DNA of 64,000 nt from Ginglymostoma cirratum (lineage: Eukaryota). Below are positions 38,785 through 51,350 of this stretch, in pieces. A model generated the notes under the pieces. That model did not search any database, had not been told where the DNA came from, and worked only from the letters and a program-made list of their open reading frames with translations. The stretch spans positions 24,451,601-24,515,600 of the forward strand of contig JAHRHZ010000035.1 of the NCBI GenBank assembly GCA_024137785.1, in the 5' to 3' direction. The position numbers and the translations under genes were made by a program. Positions within the stretch are counted from its first letter, which is position 1. Each line of letters starts with the position of its first letter.

Positions 38785-39025
38785 ATGATGAGAGTGTTAG
38801 GTGCATAGAGAAGAGTATTCAGTCTGTTGTGCCTGTACCAGTCCTTTGTAATTTAGTCCCATACTGTAGGCTTTCCCCGTGAAACCCAGCAAATTCATGC
38901 TATTCATGTACATGCCCAATTGACTTTAAAAAGTTATTAAGAGATCTGATTCCATCACACTTGCAGGTAGTGCATTCCAGATTTAACAAATCTGGGGGAA
39001 GAAATCTTTCCTTATATTCCCTCTA
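38785..39025 (-). mobile_element. Old CR1 3' end fragment
   Basis: gattccatcacacttgcaggtagtgcattccagat motif, shared with the other CR1 tails. Confidence 0.5.
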
Positions 39026-40067
39026 TGATGATAGACTAAGTTGATTTCAAAAGATATTTGATGGAAGAGAATTAGATCCTCATTTTTAATAATGAAGCCT
39101 AAGAAGACATGATTCCTTTACAATGATTTCATCTGCAGTGCAAAGATATAGGGATGAATTTAATAGCCTCACTGTGGCCCTATCCACAGATTAGAAAGCC
39201 ACCATGACCTTTTTCAGAAGTTCTTACAGAATTCAGTCACAATTAGGTCATTAACAGCCTATCAATGGGGCTACAGTCCTTATAGGGCTGACAACCTCTT
39301 TCCATCAGCTGCCACCCAATCAGAAGGTATGAAACTTTTTTGTCCCAGCAGTGCCACCAAGAGTGGTGGCCACTGTCGGAATGCACAGGTCCTGGACAAA
39401 ACCTGCATGGTAGGTCCATAGATCGAGGTGAGTTTGTGGGACTTGCTGGGGCCAAACTATCATAATCTGATCAGGTGGTGGTCAGTCATGAGTGCAGAAA
39501 GGGGGCTTGCAGCAGGGTTGACCCTTGCCATGTGGAGAGTGATTAGGAAGGCCACCCACTTTTGCTGGGTGAACTCCCCACATGAGATAGATTATCATTT
39601 AGAGATGTGATGTGACCAACACTAACCATTTGCATGCTTGATGGGTGATTAATTCTCGTGGACCTTCCTCGATAGCAACACGTAGTTGCCCAGCCAACAG
39701 CAAGAACCCCCATTGCCAACTGTTAATTATATCCCAGCCTGGCTGCTTCAGGTCTTTCATATTAAGCAATAAAATTAATCCAATTCCCCTGTTCTTTCTT
39801 AAAATCCTGCAACACATTGTCTTTCTCAAGTATTGAACATATGAGATGTCCATTAGAAAGTCATGATTGAAATCTACCTCCCCCATCCTTCTGTTCAGTG
39901 TATTCCCGATCATAGCAACTGGTTACATAAAAAAAACTGCCCACATCTCCACTTAGTACTTTCGTCAGTGATCATATATCTGTGACCTTAGGTTATCAAC
40001 TGTCTTGATAGATTTCACTATTCAAAAGCTCATAATCTTGATTGCTTCTAATAAATCTTTGTTTTAC

Positions 40068-40123
40068 CTTCTCTGATACTGCTTGGCCTGCTGTGTTCAT
40101 CCAGCTCTACACCTTGTTATCTC
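40068..40123 (+). mobile_element. Penelope 3' terminal fragment (family A)
   Basis: ctctgatactgcttggcctgctgtgttcatccagctctacaccttgttatctc is almost the exact reverse complement of 17311-17363. Confidence 0.85.
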
Positions 40124-43100
40124 CAACAAACCCAGTTTCTCTAGTGTCTCCACACAACTGTTGTACGTCAGCTCTTTTTCCCTTCCATAAATCTGCTCTG
40201 AAATTGTCATGGTTTGATATCACTGTAATTAGCAATTTCTAAATTGTTTTAGGTGCTTTCTCTAGACACAACTGGGGCAGAGTTTTTCATGCATATTCGC
40301 AAATCCATGCAGAGCATTAGTTACAGTGCCATGGATGTCCATCAGATTCAGGATCAACTGACCCTACTCAGCTTGCTGTGAATAAATGGTGTGTTAGCCT
40401 AACAGTGTCCCATTATGGTTCATGGTTTGCAAGAGTCAGGCCATCTTTCTCACAGAGGGAATAATGGTGAAAGGGATTGTTTTATTTCAGAAAAGAATAT
40501 CTTTGCCATCAGGGAGAATATGTTGCTGGACACTGTTCTATAAGAATAGAATCTTGACCCTAGTATATTCCTGCCACACTAAGTTGTTTCCTAATTCCTG
40601 GACAGGCCTGCAAAAGGAGGGTCAGCAGGAAATGTGTTTTCCATGGGTTCAAACATTTGGGTAAAAGAAAAGTTTTAAAACCGTCATCGATAAGGAGCTG
40701 CTGCATACCATCGTTATCCCACAGATGAATCGGCACACAACATTGAATGAATTGTTGTCTGAATTGTGACTGGAATATTGTACATGCCCCATAAGTCCTT
40801 GCTATTTCTGTCTGGTTAGCAACTAAAACTCAAATTGTTGATGAATTGGCGGGTTAACCTGCCAACCACCCCAAAATTTCGTAGCATGATGTAAGATTTA
40901 TGTTTCTGTTGTGGTTTCATGAACTTAGGACATCCCAAAGCACTTTACAAGCAATGAATGAAGTTTGAGGTGCAGTCAATGATGATGGCATGGTTTTGTG
41001 AACTGTTCAAAATATGTCAGATGTAGCGTAAGCACAATGTAGTGACAATAACATGATTTACTCACCTAGAGTAGGAAGCATTTCAGACATTCACATATTT
41101 CTTGATATCTAGAGCTGTTACCTTTAGCAGTTCACTGGTGGGGGGGGGGGGGCGGTGTTGCGGCGGTGGCGGGGAATAAGGCATTTATCAATTAATCTGC
41201 TAATGAAGTTGCCAAAGGGTGCAGAATTCTTAAGTGGTGACTATGAGAAGTACAAGTTTGTAAGGAAAATGACCATTGTTTACCTACAACAATATTCTGA
41301 AGCAACTGACCAGCTACTTCACCCTAATAAAGGTTTAAAAAAAATTCAAGAGTGTGTTAGTGTGACTCCTTCATAAAAATAGCATGAAACCAGTTTCAAT
41401 GAGCAGATCCTAGAAAATCCTGTTATTCAGAAACAGGAATATATGTCTTTGGCAGAAGGCGGATAGTTATTTAACAGGTCAAGCAAGGAGTACTTAGTTG
41501 TTTATGGCAGTTTTGATCTTGTGTCCTCCACTCAGAACTCTGTAAGGATATTTGTGAGAGAGTCCAATTTAAATACGTTAGGAACAAAACAGTGAATATT
41601 GCCATTAAATTATATATAGGACATGAAACAAAGTCTAAAAGCTACATGGAGAAATGAATTGTAGATTAATGGAGAAATGGGCGCAAGATTGTAGACGTTT
41701 GACATGTAAATAGCAGGATCATGCAAATAGCATTACATATATACTGTGTTGGATTCAAATGAATGTATTGCAGAAGGAAATTACACTTACCATGTCTTCA
41801 AGTCTCAGATCATACTGCTTTCACACTGTCAGGAAGCTTGTACATTATAGGTGAGTGTAACTTGTGACAGAAAGAGATCACCAGACCTGAATGTATTCTG
41901 ACACATGAAGAAAAATTGGTGGTTTTCTTCATAAAGTAAAATCTGGAAAGTGATTGTGTTTGTGACAATTTAGCTAACACAGGTCTGTGATATGTACAAT
42001 ATTCATTACTTTATGATTTGTATGGCTTGCTGCATGAAAATATCCATTCATATTCCGTAACAGTCCATGCAATAAAACAGTATGACACAAATGGGTAAGT
42101 GTGAAGTGTATTTATTTATTTATAATATACCTTCCATTAATGGCAGATACAAAGTTGCAGAGGAGAAGTGAGTCAGCAGTCATTATAAACAGTTTTGCGC
42201 TATAACTCAGCCCTCACCAGTGACAGGCGCTTACTGACAAAGCACCAAGCCTACAGCAATGCTGGCAAGGCTGAAGTTATTGCTCACCGATAAGTAGAGA
42301 AGGAGATGGCTAGACTTATTGAACTGCTGCAATCTCCGTGGTGATAGCGTTACTACAAATGGGTTCAGTAGGACATTGTTGAATATTAATCCAATGGGAA
42401 TGTCCATGGTGGTGTCTGATTTGGAGGGAAATTTGATGATGGTGTTGCCGTGAGACAGCTGGCTGGCTTTCACTATTATTTGCAATTCCACAATGAGCTA
42501 AGTAGGTCGTGCAGCTATGCAAATAGTTCAGTTTGGGAAGCACTGACCGCATGTAGACATTAATAACTAACAAAGAACATGCTCATCCCAGTGAATAAAA
42601 TTTTGTCGTGCATCATGTATTCCTTTTTCAGAAGATAAAAGGCAGAGGTCAGAAATGTAATCAATGAAAAGTTATGCATGAACAGCAAAATGAAAAGCAA
42701 TATTGCAGAAAAATCTACACCGAAATTGCAAATGTGTTTCAAAATAAACCATAGCGTCTTTCTCAAATCAGGACAGTGGGTTTATCAAGCAACTATGTGA
42801 CTGTCCACTTGTTTCCGAAGTTGTTTGATTCTTGTTGACCTCAGTAGTGAGGTGCAAGGTAATGTAAAGCTTGTGCTATTATGAATGCTGTGTGGTCAAA
42901 GATTCTGGGCAAGAAATGTTCAAAGCCAGAGGGACATCTGGAGTGTACATACTATGGGACAGAGGCCCAAGGCTCAGTCTTAAATGGACCCCAGACATCA
43001 TTTCCACTAAACAGGTAAGCTGTGGAGAGCAGTTGACTTTGATATGGACTGCTAGCTGGGGCCTTTTCAAAATCGACCAGCTCAGAGCACAAGCTTACAT

Positions 43101-43149
43101 ATGGTTAAATATTGTGGGGAGAATGCAATAGACAGGAGAAGGGCAACTG

Positions 43150-43516
43150 CCAGGTTAGACATACCTCCTGGTAGGATTGCCTTGAAATCTCCAGGAATTA
43201 AAGGATCTATTCGCTACAACATAGCAGTGAGCAATGTAGGAGGACAACCACATGGGCCAATTAAAAAATATCCTTAGGGGACATCTGGTTTTTATTTGAC
43301 ATGATTGAAAAAAAAGTGCTGTTGACTGACAATGAAGTGTTACACGATTAGGTAATGGAAGTGACTATTCACTTTCCAATTGGTCTAGGAAGATGGAGCA
43401 CTGTGGAGGTGGGCATGTAGATGACCAATGGCAGGACAACAGGGTTGAGTAACCTGGAGGCAGCAGTCACATGATAACACTGTCAGGAATATGTTGAACC
43501 AGAACTGACAACCTGA
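43150..43516. mobile_element. Possible decayed hAT-like MITE
   Basis: Ends ccaggttagaca... and ...ctgacaacctga form a degenerate inverted pair resembling GGGTTGCCAAC-type TIRs; internal ctccaggaat repeats. Confidence 0.35.
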
Positions 43517-43735
43517 ATAATTGTGAATGTAAAATCCTGGAACCAAGATGAAATTTACAGCTAGTGCACAACTGGATCATGGAGAGGTGGGGAGAGGGTA
43601 ATATAATATGTAGGAGATTGCATCTGGAAATCAAGGCTCCCAAGAAATGACCAGAACAGGGACCAAATCCAACTCTCCACAATTCCTGACCAGGAAGGTT
43701 TCCATGGTCCTTTTATTTGCCTATGTTTCAGTAGA

Positions 43736-44039
43736 TCATAGAATCCCTACAGTGTGGTAACAGGCCCTTTGGCCCAACAAGTCCAAATTAATGCACAGAG
43801 CATCCCACCCATCCCCATATAAACCAACCTAATCTACACAATGGGCAATTTAACATGGCCATTCCACCTAGCCTGCATATCTTTGGACTGTGGGGGGAAA
43901 CCAGAGCATTTGGAGGAAACCCACACAGACACAGGGAGAATGTGCAAACTCCACACAGACAGTTGCACGAGGTGGGAATTGAACCTGGGTTCCTGACACT
44001 ACAAGGCAGCAGTGCTAACCACTGAGCCACCGTACCACC
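43736..44039 (-). mobile_element. tRNA-derived SINE (HE1/V-SINE-like), near full length
   Basis: Minus strand ggtggtacggtggctcagtggttagcactgctgcc (A box)...ggttcaattccc (B box), V-domain-like core, tail gggattctatga. Confidence 0.9.
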
Positions 44040-44279
44040 CCAAAGGATTCAGTAGCTGAGGATGGTACTCAGTCACACCTCTCAAATCCTTCACACCTTC
44101 CGCATTCCCAGACCTCCCTCTGCTGGTCTGGCACTATATACTATGATTGTTATCGCGTGATTATGATTGAATAATTCTGGTTACAATCATTGCTGTGATG
44201 ACTCTATATACTTCTTAATGTCTGCAGTTACGTCAAAATGTTCTCCTTTCAATGCATCTTCTTAGCTGCACAACAGGAT

Positions 44280-44425
44280 GTGATGTGGCTTGAAGGCAGT
44301 ACCCCTGCTACTGAGCCAGAGGGTCCAAGTTCAAGCCCTGTTCCTGCAATTAAAATGGGCAGTACATATTGGCCAAAGAAAGAACCTTCATGATGTCGAT
44401 CAACAGGTTGATAAACAGCCTACTA
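44280..44425 (+). mobile_element. Degenerate tRNA-derived SINE head
   Basis: gtggc...actgagccagagggtccaagttcaagccc with B-box-like gttcaa; similar to 63900-64000. Confidence 0.45.
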
Positions 44426-44473
44426 ATCTTTCCAGTGCTTCCCCAAATGGGAATAAGGAAGATGTGAAGCATC

Positions 44474-44610
44474 AGTTCTGAGGAAGGGTCACCGGACCTG
44501 AAACGTTAACTCTGTTTTTTCTTTCACAGATGCTGCCAGACCTGCTGAGCTTTTCCAGCAACTTTGTTTTTGTTCCTGATTTACAGCATCGGCAGTTCTT
44601 TCGTTTTTCA
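44474..44610 (+). mobile_element. Penelope-derived short element (family B) starting at a hammerhead motif
   Basis: agtt-CTGAGGA(44478)-A-GGGTC-accg-GACCT-GAAA(44500)-CG-TT-aact, followed by gatgctgccagacctgctgagcttttccagca. Confidence 0.85.
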
Positions 44611-47600
44611 AATGTATTAGTTGTTCAATTGGGTTTTCAACAAAAGAAAGTCTTGTCCATAATCAAACAATTGTAGCATCTTAAAGCACAAATGGAGGTT
44701 ATTTGATCCAAAATACCTTACATTTTTTGCTTTTTTAAATACAATTGCATATTGGGGGGAAATTGATGAAATGAGCTCCAGTGGTATTAAAATCACACCA
44801 TCATCTTACATCAGTATTTCATTTGTATGACACAAAATATGCCACAACTCAGCACAATCAGGCAATGTTTAAAATGCAACTTTTCTTTTAAAACAAAAGC
44901 CTTTAAAAAGTATCCTTGAGATATTTAAAAACGAGTGGCAACTGGGTGAAGTTTGATTAGTATAACAAAAAATGACTTTAACCACTAAAAACATTTTTTA
45001 TCATACTCTCAGTGCATCGCCGATGAGGAACCTGTTTTGAAATGACTGTTAAATAGGCATCATTTTTTAAAAATTATACTGGGGCACAGCGCTCTGTTTC
45101 TTCATAATTTTTTAAGCCCTTGAATACACATCGACTACATTCTAGAATCCAAAAGTTGCAGATTAATACTTAGAGCCATTTTGAAGGCCTGTAAATGAGG
45201 ACAATTGGCAGAAGCTCACAATGGTGGTTATGTTAGCCTTGGGGTGGAGGGGGTGGGGTGGTGGCATGGCGTGACTTGATCACTTTGTAGTTTGGAAAAC
45301 TAGCAAAAACGATTATGGAAGCCCTATTTACACAGAACACAATCCATGCTTGAAATTCCACAACCTTTTGCAGCAGTACTGTGATTTGAGGTGAGTTGCA
45401 CCTGGAAAAAATCCAGCAGAAATGAGCAGAACCTTCAGGCTATTGATTTTGTTGTATAATAGATAAAGTAAATTATTTATAATTTTCAGATGTAATACAA
45501 CAGCATGATTAGATATATAACACCTGCAGCTTTTAAAATTTGTTTTTTTTAAGAATGAAAATGCTTTGGGCCATTGATATCGGAATATTCTTAAGTAATC
45601 TGTTATATTTGCACCTGCTGGGATCTTAATTAAAAAAGAAAGAGCCTCAATTTAAAGCTCATTACTATGTAAACGTATGTTAATTTAGTAAGAATCAGGC
45701 AGTGATTAAGTATAATGCATCTTTTTAAAACGGAGGTTTAAAGTGCCTGGGGGACTGAAGAATAGGAGTTTTTTTGAGTCAGTACGTTAACTTGCTTTAC
45801 TATTTGTTAAATGATAGAAATGACATAAATCTAGAATTTTTTTTTCCAATAAAGTTTTCATTTAATCTGTCAAATTAATGGCAGACTACAAACTTGCATA
45901 TGGTTCAATAATTGATGTTTTTAATGAGTTAATCAATATGAAGACTTTCTTTTGGCTGAGTGATCCACCTTCCCACTTAATTGCAGTTTATACTATTAGA
46001 GAAATACACAAGTTTAGCATGTAGGTTTGCCAATGGTGCAATCTCAATTTCCTGAGACTACCTAATCCAAAATTGCTTTCATGATAGTCTGCATTTGGAC
46101 TGATGGCTGCAAATTCTCTGACTCCAACTTTTCTGTCACCAGCACCTTTACTTCCAGAAAGGCAGCACCACTTTAGTCTTCTTGACTAATTCAAAGCATT
46201 CTCAAAGTGAAAGAGTGTGCTGTGCCACTAGGTGTGATAAAATTATTTTAATCGGCTTTCTTATTTCAGTTCTGAAAAGGTCAGTGCATCAAGCTGGATT
46301 CATGCTGCAAACTGCTGACCAAAGGCAAGAGGCTGGATTTACTTTCATTTTCACATGTTGGTAACTAAATTAAAGTGTTTGAGGTTGTTTGTACATCTTT
46401 TTGTGTACAAAGACTTACAGCCAGGCTGGCATCTCAATAAAGATAAATATTTTATCAGTCCCCTGAGAAAGGTAACAAGTCATTGCAAACAGTTCCAAAC
46501 ATTTTTGCCTTCTCTTGTAATAGTTTGGCATGACTAATTTGCTCTCGTTAATGATGAATACCATTAGATATGAAAGTCAGTTCCTGTTCTGCTTTGCTTG
46601 TGTTCTCTCCGCTAGAGTGTTGGCACTAACAGCCAACTGATTTCTCACTGCTAAACAGTTGGCAAACTGTGCTACTTTTCTTGTATACTTGTTTTGCAGC
46701 CGATAACATTGCTGATGTTTTCAATGAAACTTATAATCAGAAAAATAAAATGAGGAAAAGCACATCATATCCTAAAATTTAGAGGCGAGTTACACTGGGA
46801 AAAAACACCTTACTGGAATTCCAGATTCTACTGCGCTGTTATAAAAAAAATGCCTAATCTACTGTTCTAAAAGTGGGGCTGTGTAAATATATATTTTAGA
46901 TATCCCTTATTGAATTCCGTGGATCATAATACTCTGTGTCACACACATGGAACTCAAGTGTTAATAAAAACCAGCAGGACCTTCTATTTATTGTCTTTAA
47001 CTCACATCTTTAGAACATCAGGATGAATTGACTTACTCTTTGTACAAGCAGGCAACCTCACATGGCAGCCAGAAATATGTGAGAGTCCTGAGATCTCAAG
47101 CAGTGCCACCTTGTGTGTCCACGAGACAGACTCAGGCTTAAGGCTAGCCAGAGAGGTGCCTGTACAGGCCAAAGGTCAGAAGGCGATATAGCCTGTAAAT
47201 TTTCAGTCCCCCAAGCCATGCTGGGCTTGCTGGAACCCCCAAGGCCTTTGAAATGTCCAATGGCCTTCTACTGACCCTGAATACACCTTACATTCTTCTT
47301 TTAATGATTGACACACAGTGGGTATGTGCCTTAAGGCACAGAGAAGTCATAGTCCTCTTCATCAAAGCAAATGTTTACAGCTGTTTCTACTTTCATAGTA
47401 ATAAACAGTATTCTTTTTGGCCAAAATATGGAGCAGTTAAGTCTCTAAATAGATTGTGTACTTGGAGACAGTGAAAACTCAACCAATAAGATGCAAAGAT
47501 GAAACAAGACATGTTATTGAGTCAAAATACCCAGTACTAAAGCTATTAACAGCTTTTATCTCTTCAAGTGATTGGAGTGTAGATTCCTATCTGAAGGAGA

Positions 47601-50600
47601 AGTGTAGCAGAAATGATAAGTCTTTAGTCTAGAATCATTCATGTCATGTGGTGAAAGCTTAATATGTTGTTATTCTTTAACTTGGTCTTAATAAGGTCAG
47701 AGTCTCATCTTACTGTTTCTAAGGAGTCCTCAGCAGGTAGAAACATTCTGAGAAGGAAAGCATTTATTTTAAAAAAAACTTAGCTTAGATTCTCAAAGAG
47801 AAATGAAGCAGCTTAATGGTGTCTGCAATCAACACTGATGCATTTCGTGACACAAATGAACTTGCAGTTGTGCCTTTTGCCTCTACTTTACAAGTCCTGC
47901 CTTGAAAGCATATTGGCCATTATTTATTATTGTAAATACAGCCAAAGATAGGAACCCTTTGAAGACTTTCAAATGTTTGTTTAGCCAGATTTTCAAAAGC
48001 GCTCAGTATTTTTCATAAACACCGTGACCTTCCCTTTGGTTGCATTTTATGTATCAATATCTTGTTATAGGTTGACAAATGCTTCTGTCTTTTAATTCAA
48101 CAAAAATGTAATAAAGTCAAATTTAAAATTGGTAATTACCAGCACTTCTGAAAGCCTTGTAGCCCAATGGGAGATCTTTAATTCACAAGTAAGCAATTTT
48201 AATTTACAGACAATTCAACATGATGGTATCAAACTGAGCCTGTTATTACTGTGCTATCTAATGTACATATGAGTTGTAGGCAGTTCAGGCACCACTGCAT
48301 GATGGTCACTGCCTCAAAGATATCAATGGGATTTGTCATAAGATGTTGACCCTGAACAGTCAGAAAAATGACAAGGTGGTTAAGCTCATTGAGTGAACCA
48401 GCTCTTGGTACTAGCACCTGGAGTGTACTTCTCACAAGTCCATGCTAGCTGGCTTATATATTAAATGGTCCTTGTTCTGCTCAAACTGCAGTGGAGGTAC
48501 ACTGTCGGAGAACAGTAATCTACTTTATATCGTTTAGTAGATTCTATATTTTGGAGAACAGATAGAACAATTAAAGCATCCATGATGTAGCAATGAAGCA
48601 GAGAAGTCATAAAATATCTTTGGAGGAATATAGTATAAATTAAGCCTCTTAACATTTCTTTTCATATTCAAAACATGAAATTTGGGAAATGTAAGTGTTG
48701 TTGAATATTGACTTCATATGTCTCACAAACTGGTTTAACTATTCTTGTCTCAACTTTTTACATGAATTCCCTTTAAACAGGTACAGAAATGCATTCAGAG
48801 AGACCTATGTTTTAGCACAGCATTAAAAGCCCAGAATAAACTACACAACGTTAAATCTGCTTTTCAGATCTCATTTTGATTGTTTGGCAAAGATTGACTC
48901 TGCACACCTTTAATTCCTTGCAGAGAAGCTCAGTCCATGTAAACCTATGGGAAAGCACAGAGTCAACATTACTATTCTCGGTGAAAGGCCACACGGGGTA
49001 GTTTACCATGCGCAATTTATCTGGAAATCTGTGGATTCAGGTGTGAAGAGGATGGTCTATAAGATCCTTACCACAAACACAGATGCACAAATGACATGCC
49101 AGGAGCTAAGCTAGTGCTTGTCTTATCAGTCTTATCTAATCGTATCCCAACAGACTACTTACTGGGTCATTTACCTAACACTGACAGGGGAGCTTTTTGG
49201 TTGCACTGTTAAAAATAGTTCTGTTTATCAACACACTCAAATGCTACTTTTGCTATGAAAATTTTCACCATGTTTTTGAAAAAAAGAAGCAAATAAGAAT
49301 GGATCAGGTTTTTCTTTGGTCCCAGTGATGAAATGAAACACATTTTATAATTTGTTTAACTAGTACCTTACAGATTACTAAAATTAATTGTGGCTATATA
49401 GGAATTCTGTTGTAATTTAAGGTATGTAATTTACATTATGCTGCAGTTGATATAACTCTATTGAGGAAGAAAATGATTAAATAAAAGAGTTGCATTTCTG
49501 TTGTATTAAGAACATTTTGCTGCATGTTCATTGATATACCAACTTAAAATGTTAATGCCACTAAACTCTAATTACAACCATTGTTCTAATTGAATTAAAT
49601 TTTAAACTTTAACTATGTCAACTAACTTTTAACAAGTAAACAGCAGAATTGTTTGGTCACAATGGATGTATGTTTCTTGTAAATAAGTTTTTGTTTCGTA
49701 CAACACTAATTTTCCTGCATATAGCACGCACAGGGTAATTAATGGGTTAATTCGCCTTTCGATTTAGGTCCTGAACTTGGAAAAGTATTAAAGTAAGATT
49801 AGACTCTTCCACAACACAGCTCTTGTATCATTCAGAACTTTTTTTCTGCTCTGTTTGAAGGTACACAACAGCAGGGGTCTGAATGACTAGTGCTGGAAAA
49901 AAATGCTGGGGGGTAGGGTTAAGTCCTCAGTCCAGTGCACCCCACTAATCCCTCTTGTTCCATAAAGGAGGAATTACTCTTGCTGCCAGGCTGTGAAAGG
50001 CTTTCTTGGTACATAAGAGATTGTCCTTGCTTTCCTGGGGAGGTGTGGTTGCTATAGTAGAGTGTCATGCCTGGATTTTCTTAAAAACCTCAGTGTTCAT
50101 TGGTATAAGAGCTAAAGAGCAAACCCTGGGGTTTAGAAGACATGACAATAGATAAACAGGAAGACAGGAGACAGGCCAAATGGGTATTACAACAGAAAAA
50201 AATAATGAAATGTTCAATAAGGGGAAATGGAAAATAATAGATGGCAACAATGAGGAGAAAAGGGAGGGAAAGTCATGTCGAATGAGACGGAAAATAAAGA
50301 AGCTGGGATACAGATTTAATATAAAAGGAAAAGTATAACAAATTGTCACCTTAAGAAAATCTTACATCAAGTTTTTTTTTAAACATGCAATGTTACATAG
50401 AATACGACATATATTTGTGCAGAAGCAGCTTTTCTAATATTTGGGGTAGTTTTCTTTACCATATTTACTGTGCTTTGCACACATAGATTAAAATTTGATA
50501 CATTTATTGAAATGGGTGGTAGGTGGACCACAAGCTGATAGTATATAGCCCAGTGGGAAAAATGCTGTTTAGGCTTCAGGAGCAGCAGCTCTACTACCAT

Positions 50601-50824
50601 GCCATGTTTGTTGCATATGATTACAGACTACCCCCAAACAGCCACCAACATCCTACCTTCCGTAAAGTTGAGGTCATCTAAACCTCCACTGCATGTGCCC
50701 CAGCCCATATCTGAGTGCCAGTCACCCATTCCCCACGTGCTGCATTGCTGATTGACCATTGGCTGTTGGTTAAGCAATACTTCAAATTGAAAAATGTTAT
50801 CCCTGTTCAAATTCATTTTCCTGT

Positions 50825-51350
50825 ATGTGTCTCGCGCCCCAGCTCTGTATTTACTTACAAACTCACAATCCTCCGAGCTATCTGAGCTCCTGTAAATCTG
50901 GCCACTTGAGCCATGCCGATTTTAATCAGCTCCACCGTTTGTGCCTTCCTTACGCCAGTGCTGAAGTTCGGGAACTCCAAAACTCACTGCCTCTCTACAT
51001 CCCTTTCCACTGCCTCTCTACCTGCCTCTTCTCCTTCAGGATGTTCCTTAAAACGTGTACTTGAACAAACTTTTTGTCATCTGTCCTGTTGTCTTGTTTT
51101 GTCCTGATGAAAGGTCCGGACCTGAAACGTCAACTTTCCTTGCTCCTTGGATGCTGTCTGACTTGCTGTGCTCCTCCAACTCCACATTTTATCGACTCTG
51201 ACTTCCTTTGACAGCATCTGCAGTCCTTTCTATCCCCTGTTATCTTCTTACATGGCTCAGCATTGAATTTTGCTTTATTACACTCCTGTAAAATACCTCG
51301 GGACATTATAAATACATCAATGCTACTACATAAATCCAAGTTGTTGTTGC
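50825..51350 (+). mobile_element. L2-type LINE 3' end, interrupted by a Penelope-derived piece
   Basis: Remnant LAPQLCIYLQTHNPPSYLSS...FRMFLKT, then the L2 tail ending ataaatccaagttgttgttg. Confidence 0.75.
51100..51237 (+). mobile_element. Penelope-derived short element (family A-like) starting at a hammerhead motif
   Basis: CTGATGA(51104)-A-AGGTCCGGACCT-GAAA(51124)-CG-TC-aactttcc...; possible degenerate TSD cctgttgtctt / cctgttatctt. Confidence 0.8.
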
